The notes beneath the pieces are model-generated. The model saw nothing but the letters and a program-made list of their open reading frames with translations. It searched no databases and was not told the DNA's origin. This document shows, one piece after another, positions 18,897-28,509 of a DNA stretch of 47,402 nt (positions within the stretch are counted from its first letter, which is position 1; each line of letters begins with the position of its first letter). The translations under genes and the position numbers were made by a program. The stretch covers positions 1 to 47,402 of the forward strand of contig JACOSU010000073.1 in the NCBI GenBank assembly GCA_016178685.1, in the 5' to 3' direction. The DNA comes from Candidatus Eiseniibacteriota bacterium. GTDB lineage: Bacteria; Eisenbacteria; RBG-16-71-46.

Positions 18897-20029
18897 CGCA
18901 CTCCCCGCTCGGGACGCAGCTCGCCGATCAGATCGAGCGCCGAAAGCGCGAGCGCGTCCCACGAATTCGCTCTCCGCACGCGCTCGACCCCTGCGCGAAG
19001 GCGAGGCGCGAGGTCCTCATCGAAAAAACGCGTGATCCCGTGCGCGAGCGCGGCGGGTTGCTCGGGCGGCACCACCAGCCCGGTCTCCTCGGGGATCACG
19101 GTCTCAGAGAGGCCGCCGATATCGGTCGTGATCACGGGCACGCCGAGCGCGCAGGCGACCTGCGTCACGCCGCTCTGTGTGGCGGTTCGATAGGGCAGCA
19201 CCACGACGTCGGCGGCCTTGAACAGCGCCTCGACTTCGTCATCGGGAACGTAGCGCGACAGCATGCGCACCGAATCGCCGGCGGCGGCCGCGAGCGCGCG
19301 ACAGGGAGCCTCGTCCTCGTAGAACTCGCCCGCCACCACGAGAGTCGCCGCTCTTCGCGCGCAAACCTCCGGCCATGCTTCGAGCAGCGTGTCGAGTCCC
19401 TTGTAGTGGCGGATGTACCCGAAGAACAGCACGACGTCTCCCTCGAGGCCGAGTTTCTCGCGCGCGCTCGCGCGCGTGAAGCGCCCGCGGTCGAACTGCG
19501 AATAGAGCGGGTGCGGCACGCGACGCCGCGGCGCGCCGCTCTTGAGCCGTTCGAGATCGCGCTCGACGCTGTCCGACATCACGAGGTAGCCGTCGGAGTT
19601 GCGCATCATCCAGGCGGTGAGCTCGCGATCGAACGGCCGTGTCTCGTGCGGCACCAGATTGTCGCACACCAGCACCACGCGCGTGCCGCGCCGCCTAAGC
19701 GGCCCGACCGACGACGCGAAAGCGGGCGCGAAGAACGGAACCCACCACTTGAGGATCACGGCGGCGGGCTCAAAGCGCTCGATCGAGGCCGCGGTGCGCC
19801 GCCAGCTCATGGGCGCGATCGAATCGAGCGTGGCCTCGACCGGAATAGCCGGGCGCTTCGCATCGGGATCGATCTGGGTTTCGCCCGGAAAGAGGAACCC
19901 AGGGTACTGGCGCGTGAACGTCCAGCCGCGCACATCGCCGCGCGTGGCGAGCGCCTCTCCGAGCAGCCCCAGGTACTGGGCGAGCCCGCCCCGCCACGGC
20001 GCGAGCGGCCCCAGCAGAGCGATGCGCAT
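18893..20029 (-). CDS. Glycosyltransferase family 4
   Basis: LGPLAPWRGG, FTRQYP, LFFGYIRHYKG, VVLPYRTATQSGV. Confidence 0.88.
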   Translation of the reverse strand: MRIALLGPLAPWRGGLAQYLGLLGEALATRGDVRGWTFTRQYPGFLFPGETQIDPDAKRPAIPVEATLDSIAPMSWRRTAASIERFEPAAVILKWWVPFFAPAFASSVGPLRRRGTRVVLVCDNLVPHETRPFDRELTAWMMRNSDGYLVMSDSVERDLERLKSGAPRRRVPHPLYSQFDRGRFTRASAREKLGLEGDVVLFFGYIRHYKGLDTLLEAWPEVCARRAATLVVAGEFYEDEAPCRALAAAAGDSVRMLSRYVPDDEVEALFKAADVVVLPYRTATQSGVTQVACALGVPVITTDIGGLSETVIPEETGLVVPPEQPAALAHGITRFFDEDLAPRLRAGVERVRRANSWDALALSALDLIGELRPERGVR

Positions 20030-20046
20030 TCCCCGCGGCTCCGTCG

Positions 20047-21072
20047 TCAGCGCGCCGCCGAGGACCAGGCGAGCAGGCCCCGGCGCTCGAACTGAAACGG
20101 CACCACCTGCCCGCCGTGCTTCTCGAGCGCGGCCGCCACGCGGTGCTTGCGATCGAACCGGGTGAGCAGCAGGAAATAGCCGCCGCCGCCCGCTCCCGGC
20201 ATCTTGCCGCCGATCGCGCCTTCGCGGCGCGCGACCTGATAGAGGCGGTCCACGTGCGAATTCGAGATGTTCTCGTCGAGCTTCTTCTTGTATTCCCACG
20301 CTTCGTGCAGCAGCTCGCCGATCGCGTCCACCTGGCCGAGCAGCAGCGCCTTCTTCATCTCGAGCGTTTCGGCCTTGAGCCGGTGGAGCGCCTGCACCAC
20401 CGGCTTCTTTCCCGAGCGGTAGGACGCGGTCTGGCGATCGATGATCTTCGCCGACTGCCGGGTCTGGCCCATGTAGCAGAGCAGCAACCGGTATTCGAGC
20501 TCGTTCAGCACCTCGGGCCGGATGCGCAGCGCGTTGACCACGGTCGAGTCGCGGTGGAATTCGATGAAGTTGAAGCCGCCGAACGCGGCGGCGTACTGGT
20601 CCTGCTTTCCGCCCGAGAGACCCATGACCTCGCGCTCGATGTGATACGCCAGCTCGGCCACTTCGTAGCCCGACAGCGGCCGCTTGAGCCAGGCTCCGAT
20701 CACGCCGATCAGCGACACCACCAGCGTCGAGGAGGAGCCGAGGCCCGATCCGGGCGGCGCGTCCGAATGCACCCACAGATCGGCGCCGCGCCTGACGCGC
20801 AGCGCCTTCACCACCGCCTTGATCAGATCGAGCTTGCCGTCGAATCGCACACGGCGCGGATGGTCGTAACGCGCCACCATGTCGTAATCGAGGCTCGCGA
20901 GTGTGAGCCGCGAATCGCGCCGCGGGCGCAGCGAGGCGTACGCGTACTGGTTGATGGTGGCCGACAGCACCATGCCGCCGTGTTCCTCGGGATAGGGAGA
21001 CACGTCGGTGCCGCCGCCGCAGAAGGACAGGCGCAGCGGAGCCCGCGCGCGGAAGTAGCCACGGGGCTTCAT
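20047..21072 (-). CDS. hddA: D-glycero-alpha-D-manno-heptose-7-phosphate kinase (GHMP family, HddA-like)
   Basis: APLRLSFCGGGTDV, DAPPGSGLGSSS, GGKQDQYAAAFGGFNF, GGKMPGAGGGG. Confidence 0.78.
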   Translation of the reverse strand: MKPRGYFRARAPLRLSFCGGGTDVSPYPEEHGGMVLSATINQYAYASLRPRRDSRLTLASLDYDMVARYDHPRRVRFDGKLDLIKAVVKALRVRRGADLWVHSDAPPGSGLGSSSTLVVSLIGVIGAWLKRPLSGYEVAELAYHIEREVMGLSGGKQDQYAAAFGGFNFIEFHRDSTVVNALRIRPEVLNELEYRLLLCYMGQTRQSAKIIDRQTASYRSGKKPVVQALHRLKAETLEMKKALLLGQVDAIGELLHEAWEYKKKLDENISNSHVDRLYQVARREGAIGGKMPGAGGGGYFLLLTRFDRKHRVAAALEKHGGQVVPFQFERRGLLAWSSAAR

Positions 21073-21761
21073 GTGCGGAAGTGCCGCTCCGCCCGCTCCC
21101 ACTCCTCAGGCGTGCCGATGTCCCAGAACGCTCCGGCGACGCGCATCCCCTGCAGCCGGCCCTCGGCCGCGAGGATGGGCAGCACGTCGCGCTCGAGCGA
21201 CGAAGGGCCCGCGGGGAGCAGGCGCCACAGCCGCGGCGAGAACGCGTAGAGGCCGCCGTTCACCCACGCCGGACCCGCATGACCCGGGTCCTTTTCGATG
21301 AAACGCCTCACGCGTCCCTCCCGATCGCACTCCACGCGCCCGCGGCTCGCCGCGTCCGCGACCTCGTACAGCGCGAGCGCTCCCTCGGCGCCGTGCTCCC
21401 AGCGCACGCGTTCCAGCGCCCACGGATCGCACGACACCAGCGTGTCTCCATTCACGATCAGCGCCGCCCCGTTCACCCGGCCGGCCGCGAGCGCCAGCGC
21501 GCCCCCGGTGCCGAGCGGCTCCGTCTCCACCGAATACTCGAGCCGCACCCCGAATGCCCCGCCGTCGCCGAGAAATTCCCTGAGCGCGTCGGCGCCATAG
21601 CCGGCGCACAACACCACGTCTCGCACTCCGGCGCGCGCCAGCCACTCGAGCTGATGCGCGAGAAACGGCCGGCCGCCGAGTGGGGCGAGCCCCTTCGGGA
21701 GATCGCCGAAGCGGGGCTTGAGCCGGGTGCCCAGCCCGCCGGCCAGCACGAATGCCTTCAC
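21069..21761 (-). CDS. Sugar-1-phosphate nucleotidyltransferase (HddC / mannose-1-P guanylyltransferase-like)
   Basis: LAGGLGTRL, PKGLAP, EPLGTGGAL, NGDT, VNGGLY, DIGTPE; adjacent to the hddA-like kinase. Confidence 0.82.
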   Translation of the reverse strand: MKAFVLAGGLGTRLKPRFGDLPKGLAPLGGRPFLAHQLEWLARAGVRDVVLCAGYGADALREFLGDGGAFGVRLEYSVETEPLGTGGALALAAGRVNGAALIVNGDTLVSCDPWALERVRWEHGAEGALALYEVADAASRGRVECDREGRVRRFIEKDPGHAGPAWVNGGLYAFSPRLWRLLPAGPSSLERDVLPILAAEGRLQGMRVAGAFWDIGTPEEWERAERHFRT

Positions 21762-22702
21762 GCCCCCCCGTCCACGTTCCAGCGCCGCTTGATCGGATAG
21801 TCCGCGCGGGCGCCCAGGTTCGCGATCATCTCGCCCAGCAGCCCCATCAGGACGAACTGGATGCCGAGCAGCACCATTCCCACGCCGAACAACATCAGCG
21901 GCCGGACGTGAATCGGCTCGCCGCCCGCCCACAGCGCCACGAAGTATCCGCCGAGTCCGAGCCCGAGCACGAGGAACAGGAGACCGATGCGACCGAACAC
22001 GTGCAACGGCTTCAGGGCCGAAGTCGAGATGAACGCCGCGCTCATCAGGTCGAGGAATCCGTTCACGAACCGGGAGGCTCCGAACTTGCTGCGGCCGTAG
22101 CGGCGCGCGCGATGATGCACCGGCATCTCGCCGACCCGGAAGCCCCGCCAGTGCGCGAGCGCCGGCACGAAACGGTGGAGCTCACCATAGATCTCGAGCG
22201 CCTCCGTGACTTCGCGCCGGTACACCTTGAAGCCGCAGTTGAAATCGTGGAGCCGGATCCCGGCCACCGTCGAAGTGACGGCGTTGAAGAGCCGCGAGGG
22301 CAGCGTCTTGGTGATGGGATCCTGCCGGTTTCGCTTCCAGCCCGAGATCAGATCGTAGCCCCCCTCGAGCGCCTCGATCAGGGATGGCAGCTCGCCGGGA
22401 TCGTCCTGCAGGTCCGCATCCATCGTCACCACGAGTTCGCCCCGGGCGAGCTTGAACCCGGTCGCGAGCGCAGCCGACTTCCCGAAGTTGCGACGCAGCG
22501 CGACGCCGCGGAAGCGCCGGTCCGCCGCGACCAGCGCTTCGATCGCGCGATCGCTTCCGTCGCGCGAGCCGTCGTCCACCACGATCACTTCCCAGCTGCG
22601 GCCCATCTTCTCGAGCACGGCGGCAAGCTCGCGCGCCAGCTCGGGCAGGCTCTCGGCCTCGTTCAGAGCCGGCACCACCACCGAGATCCCGGTCGCGCTC
22701 AT
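21758..22702 (-). CDS. Polyprenyl-phosphate glycosyltransferase (ArnC/GtrB-like GT2 with two C-terminal TM helices)
   Basis: VVVPALNE, VDDGSRDGS, RRNFGKSAAL, MDADLQDDP, HDFNCGFK, YGELHRF. Confidence 0.88.
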   Translation of the reverse strand: MSATGISVVVPALNEAESLPELARELAAVLEKMGRSWEVIVVDDGSRDGSDRAIEALVAADRRFRGVALRRNFGKSAALATGFKLARGELVVTMDADLQDDPGELPSLIEALEGGYDLISGWKRNRQDPITKTLPSRLFNAVTSTVAGIRLHDFNCGFKVYRREVTEALEIYGELHRFVPALAHWRGFRVGEMPVHHRARRYGRSKFGASRFVNGFLDLMSAAFISTSALKPLHVFGRIGLLFLVLGLGLGGYFVALWAGGEPIHVRPLMLFGVGMVLLGIQFVLMGLLGEMIANLGARADYPIKRRWNVDGGA

Positions 22703-23658
22703 CGCCGGGCTTCCGCGTAAAGGCCGCGCGCCCATTCGGCCTCGGCCTCGAGACCGCGCGCGATCGGGGTCGCGGGCCTAAAGCCGAGGTCGCGCTCGAT
22801 CCTCGCCGCGTCGGCGCGGGTGCGGAGCGGATCGCCGGGCGGGCGCGGCTCGAAACGCAGCTCGGCCTTCGCGCCGAGCGCACGTTCGAGAATGCGGATC
22901 GCCTCCAGCACCTCGACCTGCGAGCCGCCGCCCACGTTGTAGACGGCCTGCGGCGCGGCGTGCTTCCAAGCCCTGAGGTTGGACTCGATCGCATCGTCGA
23001 TGAACGTGAAATCGCGCGACTGGCAGCCGTCGCCGTAGATCACGATCGGTTCGCCCCGCAGCAACGCGCGCGCGAATCGGTGGAACGCCATGTCGGGCCT
23101 TTGACGCGGGCCGTACACGGTGAAGTAGCGCAGCGCGACCACCGGCAGATCGAAATTGCGGCTGTAGAGGAGCGCCAGGTGCTCGCCGGCCAGCTTGGTG
23201 ACGCCGTACGGCGAGAACGGTCGCGGCACGGAATCCTCAGCCGTGGGATAGCGCTCGGCGTCCCCGTAGACCGATGACGACGACGCGTAGACGAACCGCT
23301 CGAGTTTCGCGCCGCGGTAACGCTCGAGCAGCCGCTGCGTCGCGAGCACGTTGTGATGCGTGTAGGCCGCGAACTCCGCGCCCCACGACGCGCGCACGCC
23401 GGCCTGCGCGGCCTGGTGGAACACGACGTCCGCCTCGGGCAGCGCGCCGAGGTCGGCCGCGCCGAGATCGAGTTCCATCAGCCGGAAACGCGGCGACGTC
23501 ATGGCGCGCGCGAGGTTCGCGCGCTTGAGCGATGGATCGTAGTAATCCGTGAAACAGTCCACGCCCGTGACGGAAGCGCCCGAATCGATCAGCCGGTCTA
23601 CCAGGTGCGACCCGATGAACCCGGCGGCGCCCGTCACCAGTGCGTGCGGCTCTCGCAT
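22699..23658 (-). CDS. NAD-dependent epimerase (UDP-glucuronate/UDP-glucose 4-epimerase-like)
   Basis: GAAGFIG, AAQAGVR, SSSSVYG, YGVTK (YxxxK), YFTVYGPRQRPDMA. Confidence 0.88.
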   Translation of the reverse strand: MREPHALVTGAAGFIGSHLVDRLIDSGASVTGVDCFTDYYDPSLKRANLARAMTSPRFRLMELDLGAADLGALPEADVVFHQAAQAGVRASWGAEFAAYTHHNVLATQRLLERYRGAKLERFVYASSSSVYGDAERYPTAEDSVPRPFSPYGVTKLAGEHLALLYSRNFDLPVVALRYFTVYGPRQRPDMAFHRFARALLRGEPIVIYGDGCQSRDFTFIDDAIESNLRAWKHAAPQAVYNVGGGSQVEVLEAIRILERALGAKAELRFEPRPPGDPLRTRADAARIERDLGFRPATPIARGLEAEAEWARGLYAEARR

Positions 23659-23678
23659 GTCCCCTCTTTCACGCTCGG

Positions 23679-26345
23679 TCAGGGTAGCGTCGGCGTGGGC
23701 GGAGGCGGCAGCACGGTGCGCAGCGGCGCACCCCCGCGCAAGTGCTGCTGTTCCGAGTCCAGGAGCTGGCGGGCCTGCTGATCGGTCGGGTGCACTTCGA
23801 CCCAGCGTTTCAGGTAGGCAACCGATCGTTCCGACTGACCGAGCTGCTTGAGCGAATAGTAGGCCGCCAGATAGGCCTGACTGTAGTTGGGGTCGCACCG
23901 GATCGCACTGTCGAACTCGCGCGCGGCCTCTTCGATCCTGCCGCGATAAACCAGCGTGACGCCCAGGTAGTAATGGGCTTCGGGATTCGCGGGAGAGCGC
24001 GCCACCAGGCGGCGGAACAGCTCGACCGCGCGTGCCGTGTCACCGCGATCCATGTAGAAACCGCCGAGGTAGATGAGCACATCCGTGTAATCCGGGAACA
24101 TGCGCGCGACGCGCTCCATCTCGGTGATGGCGCGAGCCAGCTGCCCCCGGTGCCGGTAATAGAACGCGAGCTGCAGGTGCGCGGCGGCGTAATTGCGCGA
24201 CAGCGTGGACGCGTTCTCATCCTTGTACACCGTGCTGTCCCACGAGCCGTTGGCGTTGAAAAGCCCGCGGTACTTGAACGTCCGGTAGAGCGCGCGCAGC
24301 GTCGTCGCCTCGTCTACGTCGGTGTGGAGGGTATCGGGGTTCACGCGGTACACCAGGCCCTCGAGCGTGAAGTTCCGGTCGAATCCCATGTGCTCGGGCA
24401 CGGTCACCGCGAAGTACGGCTGCTTCTTCCAGCCGTCCGCCGTGCGATCCTCGGTCATGATGTGCCCGACCATGAACTGGTTGGTGTAGATCATGCGTCC
24501 CGACGTGTCCTCGACCGCGCCCACGCCCAGCCCTTTGATGGTGCGGTCATCGAGCGTGATCGGGACCTTCGGCTCTTCGTCCTTCAACTGCTGGATGTAC
24601 CAGTCGGTGTTGAGCAGGCTCAGGTTCACGACGCGCACGTCGGTGCGGAAGTGCTCGACCTGCTGCATGTACCACAGCGGAAACGTGTCGTTGTCGCCGT
24701 TCGTGAAGACGAAGCTGTTCGGCGCGAGCGGGGCGAGCATGTTGTAGGCGTAGTCGTGGGCCACGTAATTGCCGCGACGGTCGTGCGTGAACCACAGCGT
24801 GCGCAACACCAGGAACGGCTGGATCGCGAGGATCACGGTGGCGAACGCGGTGGCCGCGCGGCGCATGCTGCCTTCCGCGAACGAGTCGCGGATCCAGCCG
24901 ATCAGCCACGTCACGCCGAGGCCGATCCAGATCGCGAACGTGTGATAGCCGGTCGTGAAGAAATAATCGCGGTCGCGCACCTCGTGATCCGTGAAGTTCA
25001 AGAACAGGATCATGCCCACGGTCGCGAACGACAACAGGCATCCGGTGGTGAGCCACGAAACCCGGTTCTTTCGTTGCCACCATCCGCCCAGCAACCCCAG
25101 CGCCAGCGGCAGCAGCGATTGCCAGACCGTGGGCTCGCGGCGTGCCGCCCCCGGCCCGCTCGGCTGAGGCGTCGGGAACAGCGTCCACTGGCGGTTCCAG
25201 TAACGCCAGAATTCCTTGTTGAGCTGCGCGGCCCATGGCCCGCGCCGAACGAACATGCTGCTCTCGCCGTATTGCCTGCGCTCGAGCAGGTAACGCAGGC
25301 TTTCCCAGCTCGAGGGATTCCCCTCGTTGATGCCGGGATGATGCGGAGCGCGAATCGGCAGGTAGGCGTGGGTCGAGTAGCCGGCGACCATCAGGAACAG
25401 CGCGAGGGCGATGACGCGAGCCTCGCGCGCCTTCGGCCACATCACGGCGAGCGGCAGCGCGATCGCGATCGAGGTCAGCGCGCCCGATCCCAGGTCGAAG
25501 TTCGTGTTGCCGAACGCGGGAATCAGCCCGAACCCGCCGCACGCTGCCGAGGTCAGCCAGGCCCACCAGGGCAGCTTTTTCTGCCATGCGTAAGCGAAGA
25601 ACGTGACCATGGACAGCACGAGCACGATTCCGATCATGCGTTCGAGGCCGTACGTCACGCCCAGCACCGAGATCAGCGGCATCGCGAGCATCACGGCAAC
25701 CTTGCGGTCCACCAGCGCCACCATCAGGATCAGCGGCAGGCCCATCATGCCGACGCCGAGGCTGAGCCCCACGCTCAGCCACATCACGTAGATGCAGATC
25801 AGCAGCGGGCCCACGCTCGGTTTCTTCTCGTGCGCGTCCCACCACTTGAGGCCCAGCCAGAACACCAGGATCTGGGCGAGGCTCATCATCGAGTAGACTT
25901 CGGCCTCGATCGAGTTCTCCCAGAAGTTGTCGGACCACGCCAGCATCAGCGCCGCGACCACCGCGCCGACCTGCGCCATCCACTCGCTGCCCGCGGCGCT
26001 CGCCGGCGCGCCGCCGGGCGCTTCTCCGATCTGGCCGCGTCCCTGCGCGAGGCGAATCAGGCGCAGCGTCGTGAGATAGGTGAGCAGAACGGCGAGCGCC
26101 GAGGCGAGCGCCGAGAGCCCGTTCACACGCTGGGCGATCGTGGCCCACGGGACCATGGTGGCGAGGTGGCCGAGCAACACGTAGAACGGGGTGCCGGGCG
26201 GATGCGGGATGCCGAGGATGTACGAGACGGCGATGAACTCGCCGGAGTCCCAGAACGGAACGGTGGGGGTGAGCGTGATGAAATAGACCGCCGCGGCCAG
26301 CAGAAACACCACGAAACCGATCAGCGCCGTGGTGTGCTTGCCCAT
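23679..26345 (-). CDS. DUF2723 / TMEM260-like GT-C membrane protein with C-terminal TPR repeats
   Basis: TPTVPFWDSGEFIAVSYILGIPHPPGTPFY, EAEVY, REV/RDRDYFF, NGDNDTFPLWY, NLSLLNTDWY; TPR-like helices (PEAHYYLG, DPNYSQAY). Confidence 0.85.
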   Translation of the reverse strand: MGKHTTALIGFVVFLLAAAVYFITLTPTVPFWDSGEFIAVSYILGIPHPPGTPFYVLLGHLATMVPWATIAQRVNGLSALASALAVLLTYLTTLRLIRLAQGRGQIGEAPGGAPASAAGSEWMAQVGAVVAALMLAWSDNFWENSIEAEVYSMMSLAQILVFWLGLKWWDAHEKKPSVGPLLICIYVMWLSVGLSLGVGMMGLPLILMVALVDRKVAVMLAMPLISVLGVTYGLERMIGIVLVLSMVTFFAYAWQKKLPWWAWLTSAACGGFGLIPAFGNTNFDLGSGALTSIAIALPLAVMWPKAREARVIALALFLMVAGYSTHAYLPIRAPHHPGINEGNPSSWESLRYLLERRQYGESSMFVRRGPWAAQLNKEFWRYWNRQWTLFPTPQPSGPGAARREPTVWQSLLPLALGLLGGWWQRKNRVSWLTTGCLLSFATVGMILFLNFTDHEVRDRDYFFTTGYHTFAIWIGLGVTWLIGWIRDSFAEGSMRRAATAFATVILAIQPFLVLRTLWFTHDRRGNYVAHDYAYNMLAPLAPNSFVFTNGDNDTFPLWYMQQVEHFRTDVRVVNLSLLNTDWYIQQLKDEEPKVPITLDDRTIKGLGVGAVEDTSGRMIYTNQFMVGHIMTEDRTADGWKKQPYFAVTVPEHMGFDRNFTLEGLVYRVNPDTLHTDVDEATTLRALYRTFKYRGLFNANGSWDSTVYKDENASTLSRNYAAAHLQLAFYYRHRGQLARAITEMERVARMFPDYTDVLIYLGGFYMDRGDTARAVELFRRLVARSPANPEAHYYLGVTLVYRGRIEEAAREFDSAIRCDPNYSQAYLAAYYSLKQLGQSERSVAYLKRWVEVHPTDQQARQLLDSEQQHLRGGAPLRTVLPPPPTPTLP

Positions 26346-26350
26346 GTCGT

Positions 26351-27352
26351 TCAATTCGTCCTCCGTGTCTGCCGGGCGACCGCTCGCCGGTGCGGAATGC
26401 GGATCAGGAAGATCAGTCCCCCGAGCAGGCTGACCGCCACCGCCACGAGGTAGGTGGTGAACTGCAGAGCGAACGCCGGGGCGCGACCCAACCCCACCAG
26501 ACCAAACAGCACGATCCCCGCTCCCTCGCGCAGTCCGATGCCATTCAAGGAGATGGGCAGCGAGACTATCACCGCGAGCAGCGGAACAAAAAGGAAGAAG
26601 TAGGCGAGCGGGATGGTGAGTCCGAGCGCGCGCGCCACCAGCACGTGAACGAGAATTCGCGAAACCTGAACCACCAGCGCGACGCTCGTGACCCGCAACA
26701 TCAGTCCGCGCTGGTCGCGAAAGCCTTCGAGCCTTGTAGCGAGGTCGTCGAGATGCGGCTTCATGCCGCCCAGGCCCACGCGGGCGAGCACACGCTCGAG
26801 CAGGGGAAGCAGGCCGGGATGGAACACCGCCCACACCAGGGCGAGGCTGAGCGAGAAGAATCCGATCAGCGCCGCGTAGGCGAGACCCAGATGGAATCGG
26901 TCGATCGCCGGGAGCGTGGTGCAGAGCGCGAGACTGGCCAGCGCCAGCGTGCCAATCAGCCGGTCCATGAGCACGGTCGAGAACGCGGTCGCGGTCGTGG
27001 TGTTGTAGCGCGTCACATCGACCACGCGCGCGATATCGCCACCGATGTTCGCGGGCAGGAAATTGTTGAAGAAGAGTCCCACGTGGTAGTACGAGCACAC
27101 CTTCCAGAATGGAATCCGGATCCCGACCGCCGCGAGCAGCCGGCCCCACTGCCAGGAGCCGAGCACGTTGCTGAGGAACAGCAGTCCGAACGCCGCGCCC
27201 AGCCACGCGGGCGACGCGTGGCGCAGCGAGCGGCCGACGCTCGCGGCCGGAACCCGCGCGAACAGGAACGTCATCAGCGCGACGCTCAGCAGCACCTTGA
27301 GCGCCAGCACCGTCGCGCCTTTCCACCCGGGGCGTCCGTCAGCGGCGCTCAC
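26351..27352 (-). CDS. UPF0104 / lysylphosphatidylglycerol-synthase TM family flippase-like protein
   Basis: GLFFNNFLPANIGGDIAR, DRLIG, LPISLNGIGLRE. Confidence 0.85.
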   Translation of the reverse strand: MSAADGRPGWKGATVLALKVLLSVALMTFLFARVPAASVGRSLRHASPAWLGAAFGLLFLSNVLGSWQWGRLLAAVGIRIPFWKVCSYYHVGLFFNNFLPANIGGDIARVVDVTRYNTTTATAFSTVLMDRLIGTLALASLALCTTLPAIDRFHLGLAYAALIGFFSLSLALVWAVFHPGLLPLLERVLARVGLGGMKPHLDDLATRLEGFRDQRGLMLRVTSVALVVQVSRILVHVLVARALGLTIPLAYFFLFVPLLAVIVSLPISLNGIGLREGAGIVLFGLVGLGRAPAFALQFTTYLVAVAVSLLGGLIFLIRIPHRRAVARQTRRTN

Positions 27353-28509
27353 GCGCTTCCCTCCCGCGCGCGGGGCCCGAGGGGAATCGCGTCCGCCGCG
27401 CCCTCGAGCATCAGCGCGTCGAGCGAGCGGCGCGCGCAATCCGGCCACGTGAAACGCGCCGCCCACTTGACGCCCTCGGCGGCCAGCGATTCGCGCAGAC
27501 GCGAGTCGTCGATCACTCGCAACAACGCCTCCGCGAGCCGCGCATCGTCGTCGTAGGGCACCAGCAGTCCGGTCACACGGTCGCGCACCGAGTCCTTGAG
27601 CCCCGGGCTCGCGGCCGCCACCACGGCGGTGCCGCACGCGCCCGCTTCGACCACGGTCAGCCCCCAGCCCTCCTTGGGCGAGGGCTGGACCAGCATCCAC
27701 GCCTCGCGCATGCGCCGCACTTTCTCGGAGCGCGGCAGAAAGCCCAGCAGTTCCACCGAAGCGGCGACTCCCAGACGCGCCGCCGTGAGTTTGAGTTCGG
27801 GAAGATGCGGACCGTCTCCGATCACTTGCAAGATGGCGTCCGGGCGTCGCGCGAGCACGCGCGGGAACGCGCGCATCACCCAGTCGAGGCCCTTGTAGCG
27901 TCGCAGCCGCCCTACGAACAGGATGGTCGGCCGCGCGCTCTTGCCGACTGCGGCATCCACCCGATAGGAATCGTGATCGAGTCCGCAGTGCACGACCGCG
28001 ACGCGGGAGCGCGCGACTCCGCGGCGCACCAGGTCATCGCGCGTGCTCTCCGAAATCGCGAGGAATCGCGAGCGGCGGTAGATCCAAGGGATCAGCGTCT
28101 CGAGCAACACGACGTAGGCCGCGACCGGAGCCGGCGCCTCGCGAAACGCGGTCGAGCCGAACAGGTGCGGCACCACCACCGCCACCTTCGCGCGGGTCGC
28201 GAGCGGCGTGAAGCACGGCGCCTTGTTGATGTCCTCGATCACGAGATCCGGCGGGGGCGAAGAGAACTCGCGCCGCAGAACCCGCGGCACCACGAGATTG
28301 AAGTTCCACCACGCGCCGCGCCTCACGATCCGGATGCCGCGGTGATCGATCCCGGGCGCGGCGCCCGGAAACGCCGACGCGAGCCACGTCACGCGCAGCC
28401 CCCGCGCGACCGCCTCGAGCAGGATCTCTTCGAGATGGAGCTCCGCCCCGCCCGCCTCGGGGTGCGCGGGATCGCGGAAATTGACCGCGAGCAGGTGCGG
28501 CGCGCTCAT
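27349..28509 (-). CDS. Glycosyltransferase family 4
   Basis: NFRDPAHPEAGGAE, FVGRLRRYKG, PSPKEGWGLTVVEAGACG. Confidence 0.88.
   Translation of the reverse strand: MSAPHLLAVNFRDPAHPEAGGAELHLEEILLEAVARGLRVTWLASAFPGAAPGIDHRGIRIVRRGAWWNFNLVVPRVLRREFSSPPPDLVIEDINKAPCFTPLATRAKVAVVVPHLFGSTAFREAPAPVAAYVVLLETLIPWIYRRSRFLAISESTRDDLVRRGVARSRVAVVHCGLDHDSYRVDAAVGKSARPTILFVGRLRRYKGLDWVMRAFPRVLARRPDAILQVIGDGPHLPELKLTAARLGVAASVELLGFLPRSEKVRRMREAWMLVQPSPKEGWGLTVVEAGACGTAVVAAASPGLKDSVRDRVTGLLVPYDDDARLAEALLRVIDDSRLRESLAAEGVKWAARFTWPDCARRSLDALMLEGAADAIPLGPRAREGSA

Noticed and set aside
23742-26453. 903-aa plus-strand ORF, and similar long plus ORFs at 39870-42728, 43895-45541, 8448-9995 and 17343-19193
   Set aside because: Antisense shadows of well-supported minus-strand genes, expected at this GC content.
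26346-27326. Apparent 1215-aa fusion (N-terminal extension of the DUF2723 ORF); likewise long extensions on the ORFs ending at 2038, 18893, 30021, 30922 and 44072
   Set aside because: The extensions overlap real upstream genes in another frame; internal starts with stop/start coupling fit better.
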